IMG/VR virus record: IMGVR_UViG_3300042319_002356
Location: 1 to 64,000 of that record
Strand: one strand, 5' to 3'
Origin: a virus
Length of the DNA: 64,000 nt
Below the pieces are notes generated by a model. It made no database searches. It worked only from the letters and a program-made list of their open reading frames with translations, and was not told the origin of the DNA. Shown here in pieces: positions 50,207-60,153 of the stretch (the stretch's first letter is position 1; each line of letters begins with the position of its first letter). Made by a program: the position numbers and the translations under genes.

Positions 50207-50964
50207 AACATTACAATTTCCGATTTTACATCTCTAACCAACCAAGATTTTGGACCCAATGGGTCCATTATTTCTTTTATGTAGCTGTTATATTCAAATC
50301 TTGAGAAATCAAAATCAAAGTAATCCTTAATCATTGATTTGAATATTTCGGATTTAACGTAACTATTCCCTGAAAATATGAAGTCAATTTCAAGACCTGT
50401 TAAATCATACTCAATACCAACCACATCTAAGTTTTTAATCCCACCAATGTTATACATAATGTACTCACTATAACATAGTAAATTTCTACCCATAGAATAA
50501 GAATATCCGTATGGGAATGAAGAACTGATTGATAAAGTATTATCTATTGAATCTTTCTTTGATACATATAAATCAAAGTTTTGTTCACAGTATAAGAAGT
50601 CAGTATTGTTCCTGTAGTGGTTAATTTGTTCTTGTGAATATGAAGGTCTTTCAGAATAATATAACTTATCAATATACAGATGGGACGGTTTATTTAATTC
50701 AACATCGTATTCAATTAGGTCAATGAAATTAATGTTTTTTGACCAATCTGATATATCCTTAAAGTTATTAATTAGTGTTTGTCTAATTACATCTAAATCA
50801 AGAATATCTTTTGATTCAGTTTTACCATTGATAACATAAAAATTACCACAGTCAGTTACTTGAACTACTGTATTATAATTTTTTGTTTTATTAAGTTCTG
50901 TGAGTATTAAATCGGAAATCAGATTAACGATACCGTATCTTGAATTCAAGTGGAATAATTTCAT
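50203..50964 (-). CDS. Hypothetical protein, weak resemblance to the MetK N-terminal region
   Basis: LISDLIL...VVQV...YVINGKT is reminiscent of MetK QISDAILD..VACE..V.VAGE. Confidence 0.55.
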   Translation of the reverse strand: MKLFHLNSRYGIVNLISDLILTELNKTKNYNTVVQVTDCGNFYVINGKTESKDILDLDVIRQTLINNFKDISDWSKNINFIDLIEYDVELNKPSHLYIDKLYYSERPSYSQEQINHYRNNTDFLYCEQNFDLYVSKKDSIDNTLSISSSFPYGYSYSMGRNLLCYSEYIMYNIGGIKNLDVVGIEYDLTGLEIDFIFSGNSYVKSEIFKSMIKDYFDFDFSRFEYNSYIKEIMDPLGPKSWLVRDVKSEIVMF

Positions 50965-51005
50965 ATTAAAAAATATGAAATATAAAATTATGGTTAAATA
51001 GTTAA

Positions 51006-52328
51006 TTAGAAATAGTCACCAATATTTTCATTAACACACTTTGACACTTTGCTAGAATCGGGCCAGTCATCCAAACGAGGAGTACTTACATGACTTCTAT
51101 CACCATCATTAATCAATGCTTTAAGAATACCCATATAATTTCCCCACCAAGTAAATGTATTGTCGGAGTATGTTTTTTCTTTATTTACGGTTAAAAACTC
51201 AACAGCTACGTCACGAAGACAATTAGTAACTTTATATTTACGAACATCATAGGTTTTTGTAACCCTTTTACCTTCCTTATCCCAAGTTTCTCTTTGATAA
51301 GTTCCCCAAGTTGGAGTTTTATCGTCAATTGCATACCCAACAAGTTCATTCCATAAATCATTATACCATTCATCAACTAAAGTATCCCTATAACAACCTT
51401 CGTAAATCATATACAAATCACTTTTAATATCGTCTACTTTGTTACTTATTATATACTCAATACTTTCTTCATCTTCTAATAAATCAGTTATTACTTCATC
51501 CGTTATTATTATCTCACTTTCAGTTCCTTGTTTTTCAGCAATTTCATCAAATAATGATGGAGTATGGTGAGTAACCTCAAATGTTTCATCTTTTATTTCT
51601 TCACGAATTCTATTATTTACTAATTCTTTTTTTTCAGGTGTTAATTCCTGATAGACATCCCTAAATTCATCATCGGTCACATTGCTCCAGTAGTTCATTT
51701 CATATTCTCCTGACAAAATTTCGGCAATTGCTCCCTGACTAATTTCTCCCCTATGGTAGTTAAATAACTCTGATAAATCCTCAAAATCTGTAACATCTAA
51801 ATAATAATCATTATCTATTTTTGTTACATCAGATAAGTAGTTATCAATAATTTTCCATATAAATGAATTATCTTGTTCATAAAATGCGTAAAAAATTTCA
51901 TTTTGATATTCATCAAGATTATTTGAAAATGGGTCAAAGTATTCTAATAAACCCATTTTAGACATTGTAGATATGAAGTTACCTAAATTTTTGAAGTGGA
52001 GTATAATTTTTGAAATTATTTTTTCATCACCATCATTAATACTCTCAATAGTTGAAATCCATTTTTCTTTTACTGTCATACTACTGTCTGACTCATTAAT
52101 TTTTTTGACGGATTTGGGTATAGTTTTGTATTTGACACATGATTCATATAAAGGAACCAAATCTAATTTTGGGTGGGAAATATAAAAGTCACCATCAGAT
52201 TCCATTACTACTTTTGATTTAGTATTTAAAATATCTTTATACCAAGTGTTACACCAAAAATTATTAGATTGTTCTCTTTGGTTTGTAATCTCATTAATAA
52301 TAATATTATTTCCTACTTTATGTTTCAT
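51006..52328 (-). CDS. Acidic hypothetical protein
   Basis: 440-aa ORF; TATTTAT 4 nt before the ATG on the minus strand. Confidence 0.7.
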   Translation of the reverse strand: MKHKVGNNIIINEITNQREQSNNFWCNTWYKDILNTKSKVVMESDGDFYISHPKLDLVPLYESCVKYKTIPKSVKKINESDSSMTVKEKWISTIESINDGDEKIISKIILHFKNLGNFISTMSKMGLLEYFDPFSNNLDEYQNEIFYAFYEQDNSFIWKIIDNYLSDVTKIDNDYYLDVTDFEDLSELFNYHRGEISQGAIAEILSGEYEMNYWSNVTDDEFRDVYQELTPEKKELVNNRIREEIKDETFEVTHHTPSLFDEIAEKQGTESEIIITDEVITDLLEDEESIEYIISNKVDDIKSDLYMIYEGCYRDTLVDEWYNDLWNELVGYAIDDKTPTWGTYQRETWDKEGKRVTKTYDVRKYKVTNCLRDVAVEFLTVNKEKTYSDNTFTWWGNYMGILKALINDGDRSHVSTPRLDDWPDSSKVSKCVNENIGDYF

Positions 52329-52341
52329 AAATATAAATACT

Positions 52342-52367
52342 AAAAAAGGGGAAAAACTCCCCCTTTA
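52342..52367 (-). terminator. Terminator hairpin
   Basis: aaagggga-aaaac-tcccccttt flanked by an A run (T run on the minus strand). Confidence 0.6.
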
Positions 52368-52390
52368 AAAAATCCTTACCCCAACTAAGA

Positions 52391-52543
52391 TTATTTTTTT
52401 GAAACAGTGTAATACTTGTTCAAAGTGCTTTTAATAGCTTCTTGAACTGCATTTGCAGAATTAGGGTTATTTTTTTCTTGAACAGGTGCCGCTTGTGGTG
52501 CTTCCGCCTGTGGTACTTGTTTGTTTTTGCAACCGCATCCCAT
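52391..52543 (-). CDS. Small MGCGCK protein (50 aa, not in track)
   Basis: MGCGCKNKQVPQAEAPQAAPVQEKNNPNSANAVQEAIKSTLNKYYTVSKK; TATTTAT upstream and terminator downstream. Confidence 0.65.
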   Translation of the reverse strand: MGCGCKNKQVPQAEAPQAAPVQEKNNPNSANAVQEAIKSTLNKYYTVSKK

Positions 52544-52640
52544 AATAGTAATTTTTTTTAAGTTTATACGTATAAATATCTAAATTTTTTTCTTTTTTGT
52601 AAATAAATAATATCTTTGTTCTTTGAAGTATTTATTAAAT

Positions 52641-53936
52641 ATGAACAAGACAATTATCATAACAGAACACCAAAGTCTGAGTTTAATTAACGAAGAAGAC
52701 AATGTTGAATATATTGAATTGACTCCTGATGAGTATAAAAGATACTTAAAGATGGTATCTTACGATGGTAGATTATTGTATAACATACCTAAATTTAGAG
52801 GAAAAAAAATAATTATTAATAAACAATTAGATTTATCAGGACTACCTGTGAAAGATTTGGGTCCGATTGTTATTAATGGAGGGTTAGATATATCAAGAAC
52901 CAAAATTTCTTCCTTAGATAATGTTGATATTAGAAGTCGTGGGTGGATTGCAGATTGGGACACTCCAATGAGAAAGATGAGAGAAAGACGAGAATTTTTG
53001 GCAAAAGTTGCTGAACAACAATCAAAGAGAGAAGATGGTGAATGGGATGAAAATTCTGAATTGGATATGGTTGGGTTATGTGCAAATGCTTTATTTAAGT
53101 ATTTGGTGCGGTATGAACAATTTGAACCTAAAGAACCTGGTGATGATGAAAAATTAGAACAATATAGAAATAGAATTGAGGAGATTGAAAGTATTGAGGG
53201 ATATGATGAAAATGATGAATTGGTTTCTGAAGTTGAAACTTTAACGGAAGAAATTGAAGAGATTGAAAAAAGAATTGATGTTTATAATCTAAATTATATT
53301 GGTAAACATTATAAATTATTAGAATTTTCTGTATTACACCAAGATAATGAGAGTCATGAGAGATATGCGGTTGGAGATTATGATGACACTAATGCGACCG
53401 CATTATCCAGAGCTGAAGATTACATTGATGAGGTTGGAATTGAGAATATGGACAAAAATTTTGTCGGTGATTATATTGATGAGGAAGAGTTTAGAGATTA
53501 CTTCAGAGAGGGTGAAGAGGAGTATGTTAGAGACAATATAGAATATATTTTTGATGAAGATGATTTTGAATATAGTGAAGAAGTGCAAGAGAGAATAGAT
53601 GTAATTGAAGCGAGATTAGAAGATTCTGAAATAGATTCAGATGAAGAAGATGAATTAAGAGAAGAACTTGATGAATTAAAAGATAGTGAAAAGACAGTTT
53701 CTGAAGATTTAATTGAAAGTAAAGTTGAAGAAATGTTAAATGATAAGGCTGATGATATGATGGCGACATTGATAGATTACGGGATTGAATTTGACCAATT
53801 TGTGAATAAAGCTGATTTGGCACAAGGTATGGTTGATGCTGACGGATTCGGTCATACAATATCATCTTACGATGGAAATGAACATGAGGTTGAATTCCAA
53901 GGAGAAACTTACTATATTTTCCAAACAGAAGGATAA
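52641..53936 (+). CDS. Very acidic hypothetical protein
   Basis: MNKTIIITEHQ..LINEE; short LDLS/LDIS repeats; D/E-rich; TATTTAT upstream. Confidence 0.7.
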   Translation: MNKTIIITEHQSLSLINEEDNVEYIELTPDEYKRYLKMVSYDGRLLYNIPKFRGKKIIINKQLDLSGLPVKDLGPIVINGGLDISRTKISSLDNVDIRSRGWIADWDTPMRKMRERREFLAKVAEQQSKREDGEWDENSELDMVGLCANALFKYLVRYEQFEPKEPGDDEKLEQYRNRIEEIESIEGYDENDELVSEVETLTEEIEEIEKRIDVYNLNYIGKHYKLLEFSVLHQDNESHERYAVGDYDDTNATALSRAEDYIDEVGIENMDKNFVGDYIDEEEFRDYFREGEEEYVRDNIEYIFDEDDFEYSEEVQERIDVIEARLEDSEIDSDEEDELREELDELKDSEKTVSEDLIESKVEEMLNDKADDMMATLIDYGIEFDQFVNKADLAQGMVDADGFGHTISSYDGNEHEVEFQGETYYIFQTEG

Positions 53937-53937
53937 T

Positions 53938-54687
53938 ATGGAGAATATAAATTTTATACTACCGACAGATTGGATGTTTAACCAACCGATAGATGCTGAA
54001 CACAAAAAGTATCTATTGATGTCGTATTTTCAAAAAATTGACGATTTAATTATTGAAAACAAACTATATCCTCATTTTATTGAGTTGTCATTACACATGG
54101 CGAATCTTCATACCTTAATCAAAGAGAGTACCATATTATATACAAACAAGATATTTAAATGTCCTGATGATGAATTATTGTTAAAAGAGTTAATGGCGAA
54201 ACCAGTGCCAAGTCTAACTGATGAAGAAACTGAAGAGATGAAAGAAATTTTGAAATTCTCATCTGTTAAATTTTTTGAGTATTTTCAAATTGTTAAATCA
54301 TACTGGTCAATGTTTTATGAAACAATATCAATATCAATCAAAAAGAATAAAAACAATTCAAACAGTACCAACGGGTATTTTTATTTTCTTAATAAGAATA
54401 ACCAAATATATGTTTGGGAATATGAAATTGATACAACAAACCCTGAACATATTACCAATACTAAATTAATATATGAGGGTAAGAAGGGTGACCTAACTTT
54501 ACCTAAAGTAGTTGAAAATTTTTCAGGTAGAAAATTTAGTGAGGCGAAAAAATTACCTGTATTTGAAATGTCCTGTGGAGAAGATTATCCGGTTGAGGAA
54601 ACATTACTTCCATTGTTTAAAAGAAAACTTCTTTCATATATTTTCCAAAAATATTCTATAGATAACTTGAAAAAAATTGAGATTTAA
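53938..54687 (+). CDS. Hypothetical protein
   Basis: W...PIDAEHKKYLLMSY; ETLLPLFKRK. Confidence 0.65.
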   Translation: MENINFILPTDWMFNQPIDAEHKKYLLMSYFQKIDDLIIENKLYPHFIELSLHMANLHTLIKESTILYTNKIFKCPDDELLLKELMAKPVPSLTDEETEEMKEILKFSSVKFFEYFQIVKSYWSMFYETISISIKKNKNNSNSTNGYFYFLNKNNQIYVWEYEIDTTNPEHITNTKLIYEGKKGDLTLPKVVENFSGRKFSEAKKLPVFEMSCGEDYPVEETLLPLFKRKLLSYIFQKYSIDNLKKIEI

Positions 54688-54710
54688 TTTTTTTCATATT
54701 ATATTTGTGT

Positions 54711-54911
54711 ATGGGATTTAACAAACGATTTCTTTCTGAACAAAAAATTAAAGATTTTGCGAAAACACATAATTTCACTGAGTTTGAAAAGATGATGTCC
54801 AATTCTGATTTTTATACGTATTTAGATGATTATTCCGCTCAGGTTGGGACGGAATTTTTTATTTCAGACAAAGAAACAAGAACTAACATATATAACAACT
54901 TATTAGTATGA
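54711..54911 (+). CDS. Small hypothetical protein
   Basis: MGFNKRF; ATG 3 nt after TATATTTG. Confidence 0.55.
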   Translation: MGFNKRFLSEQKIKDFAKTHNFTEFEKMMSNSDFYTYLDDYSAQVGTEFFISDKETRTNIYNNLLV

Positions 54912-56113
54912 TTTTTAAATTAGAGTATGTTTGGTTAGATGGGTACACACCGGAACCAAATCTTAGAAGTAAAGTTAAAGTAGTTAACCTTGACGAAGGT
55001 GAAAACTATAATTTCCCAATGTGGGGGTTTGACGGAAGTTCAACAAAACAGGCGGAAGGTTATCTATCCGATTGTTTTTTAAGACCTGTTAGATATTACC
55101 AACACTCAATTATTAAGGAGACTATCCCAACAATTTATGTATTTTGTGATGTCTTAGATAAAGATGGTAATCCGCACCCATCAAACGACAGAGATAAGTT
55201 ACAGAATACTGGTACTGATTTATGGGTAGGGTTTGAACAAGAATATTTTATTCGTTCAAAACACAAAGGGTCAATCATTGGAATGGAAAGAGGTGAAATT
55301 GAAGTCCAAGGTAGATATTATTGTGGCGTTGGAGGACAAATTCACGGAAGAGATATATCTGAGAAACATTTAGAATATTGTTTATCATTGGGAATCAATG
55401 TTGAGGGTACCAATGCGGAAGTTGCAATTGGACAATGGGAATATCAAATCTTTGCGAAAAATACCCTACAAGCTTCTGATGACTTATGGATTAGTAGATA
55501 TATTCTTCATAAAATTGCTGAAAAAGAAGGAATGTCAATTGAGTTACACCCAAAACCATTAATATTCGGTGAGTGGAACGGTTCAGGATTACATACTAAC
55601 TTTTCAAACAAAAGAATGAGAGAGATTGGAGGGGAACAATACTTTAACTGTATTTTCAACTCATTTGAATCATCAACTAAGAAACACATTGAAAATTATG
55701 GCTCAGATAATCATTTAAGATTAACTGGTAAATACGAGACTCAAAGTATTGATAAGTTTAGTTGGGGTATAAGTGATAGAGGAGCGTCAATAAGAATTCC
55801 AAAATCAACCGCAGAAGAATGGAAAGGATATTTGGAGGATAGAAGGCCATCATCAAATGCGAATCCATATAAAGTATTACAAGTTATTATGGAAAGTTTG
55901 AAGGCTGCGGAAGCTATTGATAAAATAAAAACAAAAATGTCAATTAATGTTGATGTTTATGCAACGGCTGAAAAGTTTAAAATGTTGACACCTGACGAAT
56001 TATTAAATGAATATAAATCTGAAGAAGATGGTTATGATAAAATGAAGTGGACGAAAGGTGATGGGAATAATATGGAAACTGAAGAAATTAAATTTGATAT
56101 AAATTCAAAATGA
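54908..56113 (+). CDS. glnII: Glutamine synthetase type II
   Basis: KLEYVWLDG..LRSK, WGFDGSSTKQAEG, GFEQEY, YYCGVG, NAEVA.GQWEYQ, WNGSGLHTNFS, RLTGKYET, RGASIRIP, YLEDRRPSSN. Confidence 0.9.
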   Translation: MIFKLEYVWLDGYTPEPNLRSKVKVVNLDEGENYNFPMWGFDGSSTKQAEGYLSDCFLRPVRYYQHSIIKETIPTIYVFCDVLDKDGNPHPSNDRDKLQNTGTDLWVGFEQEYFIRSKHKGSIIGMERGEIEVQGRYYCGVGGQIHGRDISEKHLEYCLSLGINVEGTNAEVAIGQWEYQIFAKNTLQASDDLWISRYILHKIAEKEGMSIELHPKPLIFGEWNGSGLHTNFSNKRMREIGGEQYFNCIFNSFESSTKKHIENYGSDNHLRLTGKYETQSIDKFSWGISDRGASIRIPKSTAEEWKGYLEDRRPSSNANPYKVLQVIMESLKAAEAIDKIKTKMSINVDVYATAEKFKMLTPDELLNEYKSEEDGYDKMKWTKGDGNNMETEEIKFDINSK

Positions 56114-56367
56114 TGGAAAAAGAATTATTAGAACATTTGCGAAATAAAATAGAAATGGTTAATCACCCATCTCACTATGGTGGGGAGGACAATCTTTATG
56201 AAGCAATTAAAGTAATTGACGCTTGGGACTTAGGGTTTTGTTTGGGTAATACTGTAAAGTATATCTCAAGGGCTGGTAAGAAAGATAAAGAAAAAGAATT
56301 GGAAGATTTAAAGAAAGCTCTTTGGTATCTACAACATCACATAGAAACTTTAGAAAAAAATACATAA
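56110..56367 (+). CDS. DUF3310 family protein
   Basis: VNHPSHY, GFCLGNTVKYISRAGKK, EDLKKALWYL. Confidence 0.85.
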   Translation: MMEKELLEHLRNKIEMVNHPSHYGGEDNLYEAIKVIDAWDLGFCLGNTVKYISRAGKKDKEKELEDLKKALWYLQHHIETLEKNT

Positions 56368-56409
56368 TCGCATTTTACAAAACCAAACATTTTTATTATT
56401 TTTTAAATT

Positions 56410-56706
56410 ATGAAAATGTTTGGATTCAATTTGGGTAAAAAAATCAAGATTTCTTTTAATTTTGAGTGGGTTTGGGATACCGAAATCTCTAATTACGGTG
56501 ATAGATACTTAGGTCTATTTACGTCAAGAACAATAATCCATAATTGGGTAACTAAAAAAGACGCTTCAAAATTTTATGAGGTTCTTTATCGGTTTGGAAT
56601 CAATTTAGTTTGGTTCAAATTATGGTTATCCATATCAAATTCAAAAGAATATCAGTATTCAATCAAAACAAAAAAAACGAAAACAGAAATTTATTGGGAT
56701 ATATAA
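56410..56706 (+). CDS. Hypothetical protein
   Basis: 98-aa ORF with TAATG coupling. Confidence 0.5.
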   Translation: MKMFGFNLGKKIKISFNFEWVWDTEISNYGDRYLGLFTSRTIIHNWVTKKDASKFYEVLYRFGINLVWFKLWLSISNSKEYQYSIKTKKTKTEIYWDI

Positions 56707-57170
56707 TGGAATTAATAACAACATACATTTGTAAAAAAGGAGATATCGGAATCCATGATAATATGTTTGGAGGTACAATATTGGGGTTAATTGACGACGC
56801 GGCTGCTTCATACGTCTCTCAAATTTGTGATACCCAAAGAGTTGTAACATTAAAAATTGATGAGTTAGTATTCAAGAAACCGGTAAAGGTTGGTAGTATC
56901 CTGAAAATTTATGGAGGGGTTGTTGAATTTGGTAATACATCAGTAACAATTTCAATTGATGTTAGAAAACACAACGTATATACAGGTTCTCAGGAAACTG
57001 TGACTCACACTAAAATGGTATTCGTCAGAATTGATGACGATGGGAAACCTAGACCATTCCATTCTCATATTAAAACAAGATATTGGGACAGATTTGCCAA
57101 ATTTGGCAAAGGTCTTTTAGACCAAAAAGAAAGAATGTCAGAAGAAACTGACAAAATGTCAGACAATTAA
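56706..57170 (+). CDS. Hotdog-fold acyl-CoA thioesterase (YciA-like)
   Basis: D.G.HDNMFGG..L..ID.AA, VVT..ID...FKKPVKVG, GNTSV, MVFVRID..GKP. Confidence 0.85.
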   Translation: MELITTYICKKGDIGIHDNMFGGTILGLIDDAAASYVSQICDTQRVVTLKIDELVFKKPVKVGSILKIYGGVVEFGNTSVTISIDVRKHNVYTGSQETVTHTKMVFVRIDDDGKPRPFHSHIKTRYWDRFAKFGKGLLDQKERMSEETDKMSDN

Positions 57171-57225
57171 TTTTGGCATATTTTTGGCATTATCATCTGA
57201 AAATAAACTTAAAAAATATATTATT

Positions 57226-57615
57226 ATGCCTAATTCATTTAGACGAATTGATGAGATTTTAAGAAGGATGTTTGAAAATCCTGATAATTTTGATTTTGAA
57301 CAATTAGAAAAAATGTTCACAAAAAGAATGTTGAGTAAACCATATGGTGATAACATTAAATTAAATTTTGTTTATGTTAGTGATAGTACATTGGATGATG
57401 TAACAGAAAATGACTTGGAACAAGAACTAAAACAAGCTGTTGAATCTGAAAATTTTGAAAGAGCAATTGAAATTAGAGACGAACTAAAAAAATTGGAATT
57501 GAATAAAGAGAAAATTCAGAATCTTGAAATTGAACTAAAAGAAGCAATTCAAAAACAAGATTTTGAAAAATGTATTATTATTCGTGACGAATTAAATAAA
57601 TTAAAAACAAAATAA
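57226..57615 (+). CDS. Protein with two UVR (UvrB/UvrC) motifs
   Basis: [20 protein letters not shown] and [20 protein letters not shown]. Confidence 0.8.
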   Translation: MPNSFRRIDEILRRMFENPDNFDFEQLEKMFTKRMLSKPYGDNIKLNFVYVSDSTLDDVTENDLEQELKQAVESENFERAIEIRDELKKLELNKEKIQNLEIELKEAIQKQDFEKCIIIRDELNKLKTK

Positions 57616-57622
57616 AAAATAT

Positions 57623-59491
57623 ATGGGAAAAATAATTGGTATTGATTTGGGAACAACGAATTCGTGTGTTGCCGTAATGGAAGGTTCAGAACCTGTCGTA
57701 ATTACAAACAGTGAAGGTAAAAGAACGACTCCTTCAATCATTGGATTTGCCAGTGATGGTGATAGAAAGATTGGTGACCCTGCAAAACGTCAGGCGGTTA
57801 CTAATCCTGAAAAAACAATTCACTCAATTAAAAGATTTATGGGAACTAGTTACACTGAAAGTAAAGGTGAAGTAAAACGTGTTCCTTATAAAGTTGTTAA
57901 GGGTACTGGTGATACTCCTCGTGTTCAGATTGATGACCGTAAGTTTTCACCACAAGAAATTTCAGCAATGGTTCTTCAGAAGATGAAACAAACTGCTGAG
58001 GATTATTTGGGTACTGAAGTTACTGAAGCGGTCATCACAGTACCAGCATACTTCAACGACGCTCAACGTCAGGCTACAAAAGAAGCTGGTGAGATTGCAG
58101 GTCTTACAGTTAAACGTATTATTAACGAACCAACTGCGGCCGCATTAGCTTACGGACTTGATAAGAAAGGTTCGGATATGAAAGTTGTTGTATTTGACTG
58201 TGGTGGTGGAACTCACGACGTATCAATCTTGGAACTTGGAGATGGTGTGTTTGAAGTATTAGCGACTGATGGTGACACACATTTGGGTGGTGATGACTTT
58301 GATAATGCAATCATTGACTGGTTGGTTAAAGAATTCCAAGATGAGAATGGATTGGATTTGTCAAAAGACCCAATGGCGTTACAACGTCTTCGTGAAGGGG
58401 CTGAAAAGGCTAAGATTGAATTGTCCTCAACTTCTTCAACTGAAATCAACCTACCATACATTATGCCGGTTGATGGTGTTCCAAAACACTTGGTGAGAAC
58501 TTTATCTAAAGCAAAATTTGAACAACTTGTTGATAAATTGGTCCAAAGAACAATTGAACCATGTAAGAAGGCTATGGAGAACGCAAACCTTACAGTTGGT
58601 GAAATTGATGAAATTATTTTGGTTGGAGGTTCAACTCGTATTCCGGCAATCCAAGAAGCGGTTAAGAAATTCTTTGGTAAGGAACCATCAAAGGGTGTTA
58701 ATCCTGATGAAGTAGTTGCTCTTGGTGCGGCAATTCAAGGTGGAGTATTGGCCGGTGATGTGAAAGATGTATTGTTGTTGGACGTAACTCCACTTTCATT
58801 AGGTATTGAAACAATGGGAGGAGTATTTACAAAGTTGATTGAAGCTAACACGACAATCCCAACCAAGAAATCACAGATATTCTCAACCGCAGTTGATAAC
58901 CAACCATCAGTTGAAATCCACGTATTACAAGGTGAAAGAGCGATGGCTAAAGATAACAGAACCATTGGACGTTTCCACTTGGATGGATTACCACCGGCAA
59001 TGAGAGGAGTTCCACAAATTGAAGTTGTTTTTGACATTGATGCTAACGGTATTATTAATGTGTCAGCAATTGACAAAGGAACTGACAAACAACAAAATAT
59101 TCGTATTGAAGCGTCATCAGGACTTTCAAAAGAAGAAATTGAAAGAATGAAACAAGAAGCTGAAATGAATGCTGAGGCGGACAAGAAAGTTAAAGAAGAT
59201 GCTGAAACAATTAATCAAGCTGACTCAATGATTTTCCAAATTGAAAAATCTTTGAAGGATATTGAAGATAAATTGACGGACGAACAAAAATCAGAAATTA
59301 ATTCTTCATTACAAGAGTTGAAAGATGCTCATTCTACAAAGGATGTTGATAAGATTAAAACCTCAATGGATAAAGTTAACACAACGTTCCAAAGTATCTC
59401 CTCTGACCTATACTCCCAAGGTTCAGGAGAAACAAATGAACAAACAGACCGAGAGGTTAATGATGTTGACTTTGAAGAAGTTAAAGGTTAA
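57623..59491 (+). CDS. dnaK: DnaK (Hsp70)
   Basis: [41 protein letters not shown]. Confidence 0.97.
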   Translation: MGKIIGIDLGTTNSCVAVMEGSEPVVITNSEGKRTTPSIIGFASDGDRKIGDPAKRQAVTNPEKTIHSIKRFMGTSYTESKGEVKRVPYKVVKGTGDTPRVQIDDRKFSPQEISAMVLQKMKQTAEDYLGTEVTEAVITVPAYFNDAQRQATKEAGEIAGLTVKRIINEPTAAALAYGLDKKGSDMKVVVFDCGGGTHDVSILELGDGVFEVLATDGDTHLGGDDFDNAIIDWLVKEFQDENGLDLSKDPMALQRLREGAEKAKIELSSTSSTEINLPYIMPVDGVPKHLVRTLSKAKFEQLVDKLVQRTIEPCKKAMENANLTVGEIDEIILVGGSTRIPAIQEAVKKFFGKEPSKGVNPDEVVALGAAIQGGVLAGDVKDVLLLDVTPLSLGIETMGGVFTKLIEANTTIPTKKSQIFSTAVDNQPSVEIHVLQGERAMAKDNRTIGRFHLDGLPPAMRGVPQIEVVFDIDANGIINVSAIDKGTDKQQNIRIEASSGLSKEEIERMKQEAEMNAEADKKVKEDAETINQADSMIFQIEKSLKDIEDKLTDEQKSEINSSLQELKDAHSTKDVDKIKTSMDKVNTTFQSISSDLYSQGSGETNEQTDREVNDVDFEEVKG

Positions 59492-59526
59492 AAAAGAAAC
59501 CCCTCCAAGTGAGGGGTTTCTTTTTT
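59491..59526 (+). terminator. Rho-independent terminator (possibly bidirectional)
   Basis: agaaacccctc-caagt-gaggggtttct followed by a T run. Confidence 0.85.
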
Positions 59527-59543
59527 AATTAATATTTATTGGT

Positions 59544-59924
59544 ATGGAAAAAAAAATAAAAAAAATTAATGAAATTTTTAAAAATAAAACTCTTACAATT
59601 AAAAATACCGGGGTATCAATATTTGAAGATGCTAAATTTAAGTTTAGAGTGACTAAAATATCCCAATTAATAAGTATGGGTGAATGGAAAGATTATATAT
59701 TTGTTGATGTAGTAATTACTTCTCTTGATAGTAAAGAAAAAAATAAATCATTTGGTTCAATATTAAATGGAGTTAGTTTCGTTGATAGAACTACTGTATA
59801 TAATCATGCATATACAACTGCAAACGCTGCTGCTAACGCTATCCAAGTTTATTTAAAACATTTTAATATTGATAATGAGGTTGTGGTTGAAAAAATTAAA
59901 TATAATTTTGAAGATGACGAATAA
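59544..59924 (+). CDS. Hypothetical protein
   Basis: TATTTAT 4 nt upstream. Confidence 0.6.
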   Translation: MEKKIKKINEIFKNKTLTIKNTGVSIFEDAKFKFRVTKISQLISMGEWKDYIFVDVVITSLDSKEKNKSFGSILNGVSFVDRTTVYNHAYTTANAAANAIQVYLKHFNIDNEVVVEKIKYNFEDDE

Positions 59925-59937
59925 TTTCGTATCTTTG
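59907..59937 (+). promoter_or_regulatory. Bacteroidota-type promoter
   Basis: TTTG-N19-TATCTTTG. Confidence 0.65.
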
Positions 59938-59945
59938 TTCCCGTT

Positions 59946-60116
59946 ATGAGTAAAAAGGAACAATACCAACAAGTTTATGAAAACGATGAAGCGGTTACAA
60001 TCTGGACTTATGATTTAACCAAATTCAAAAACGGGCCAATCTCAGTTGAGATTAAATACAAACACCCACCCGAAAAGAAGCAAACAAACCGAGAGAAATT
60101 CTCAAAAAAGAAGTAA
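59946..60116 (+). CDS. Small hypothetical protein (56 aa, not in track)
   Basis: MSKKEQYQQVYENDEAVTIWTYDLTKFKNGPISVEIKYK...; follows TTTG-N19-TATCTTTG. Confidence 0.55.
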   Translation: MSKKEQYQQVYENDEAVTIWTYDLTKFKNGPISVEIKYKHPPEKKQTNREKFSKKK

Positions 60117-60153
60117 AAGTAATTTTTTTTGACCTACACATATATTTATATAT

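Noticed and set aside
58122-59184. Antisense ORFs within dnaK
   Set aside because: Antisense open frames are a well-known by-product of hsp70 codon structure; no promoter or independent evidence.
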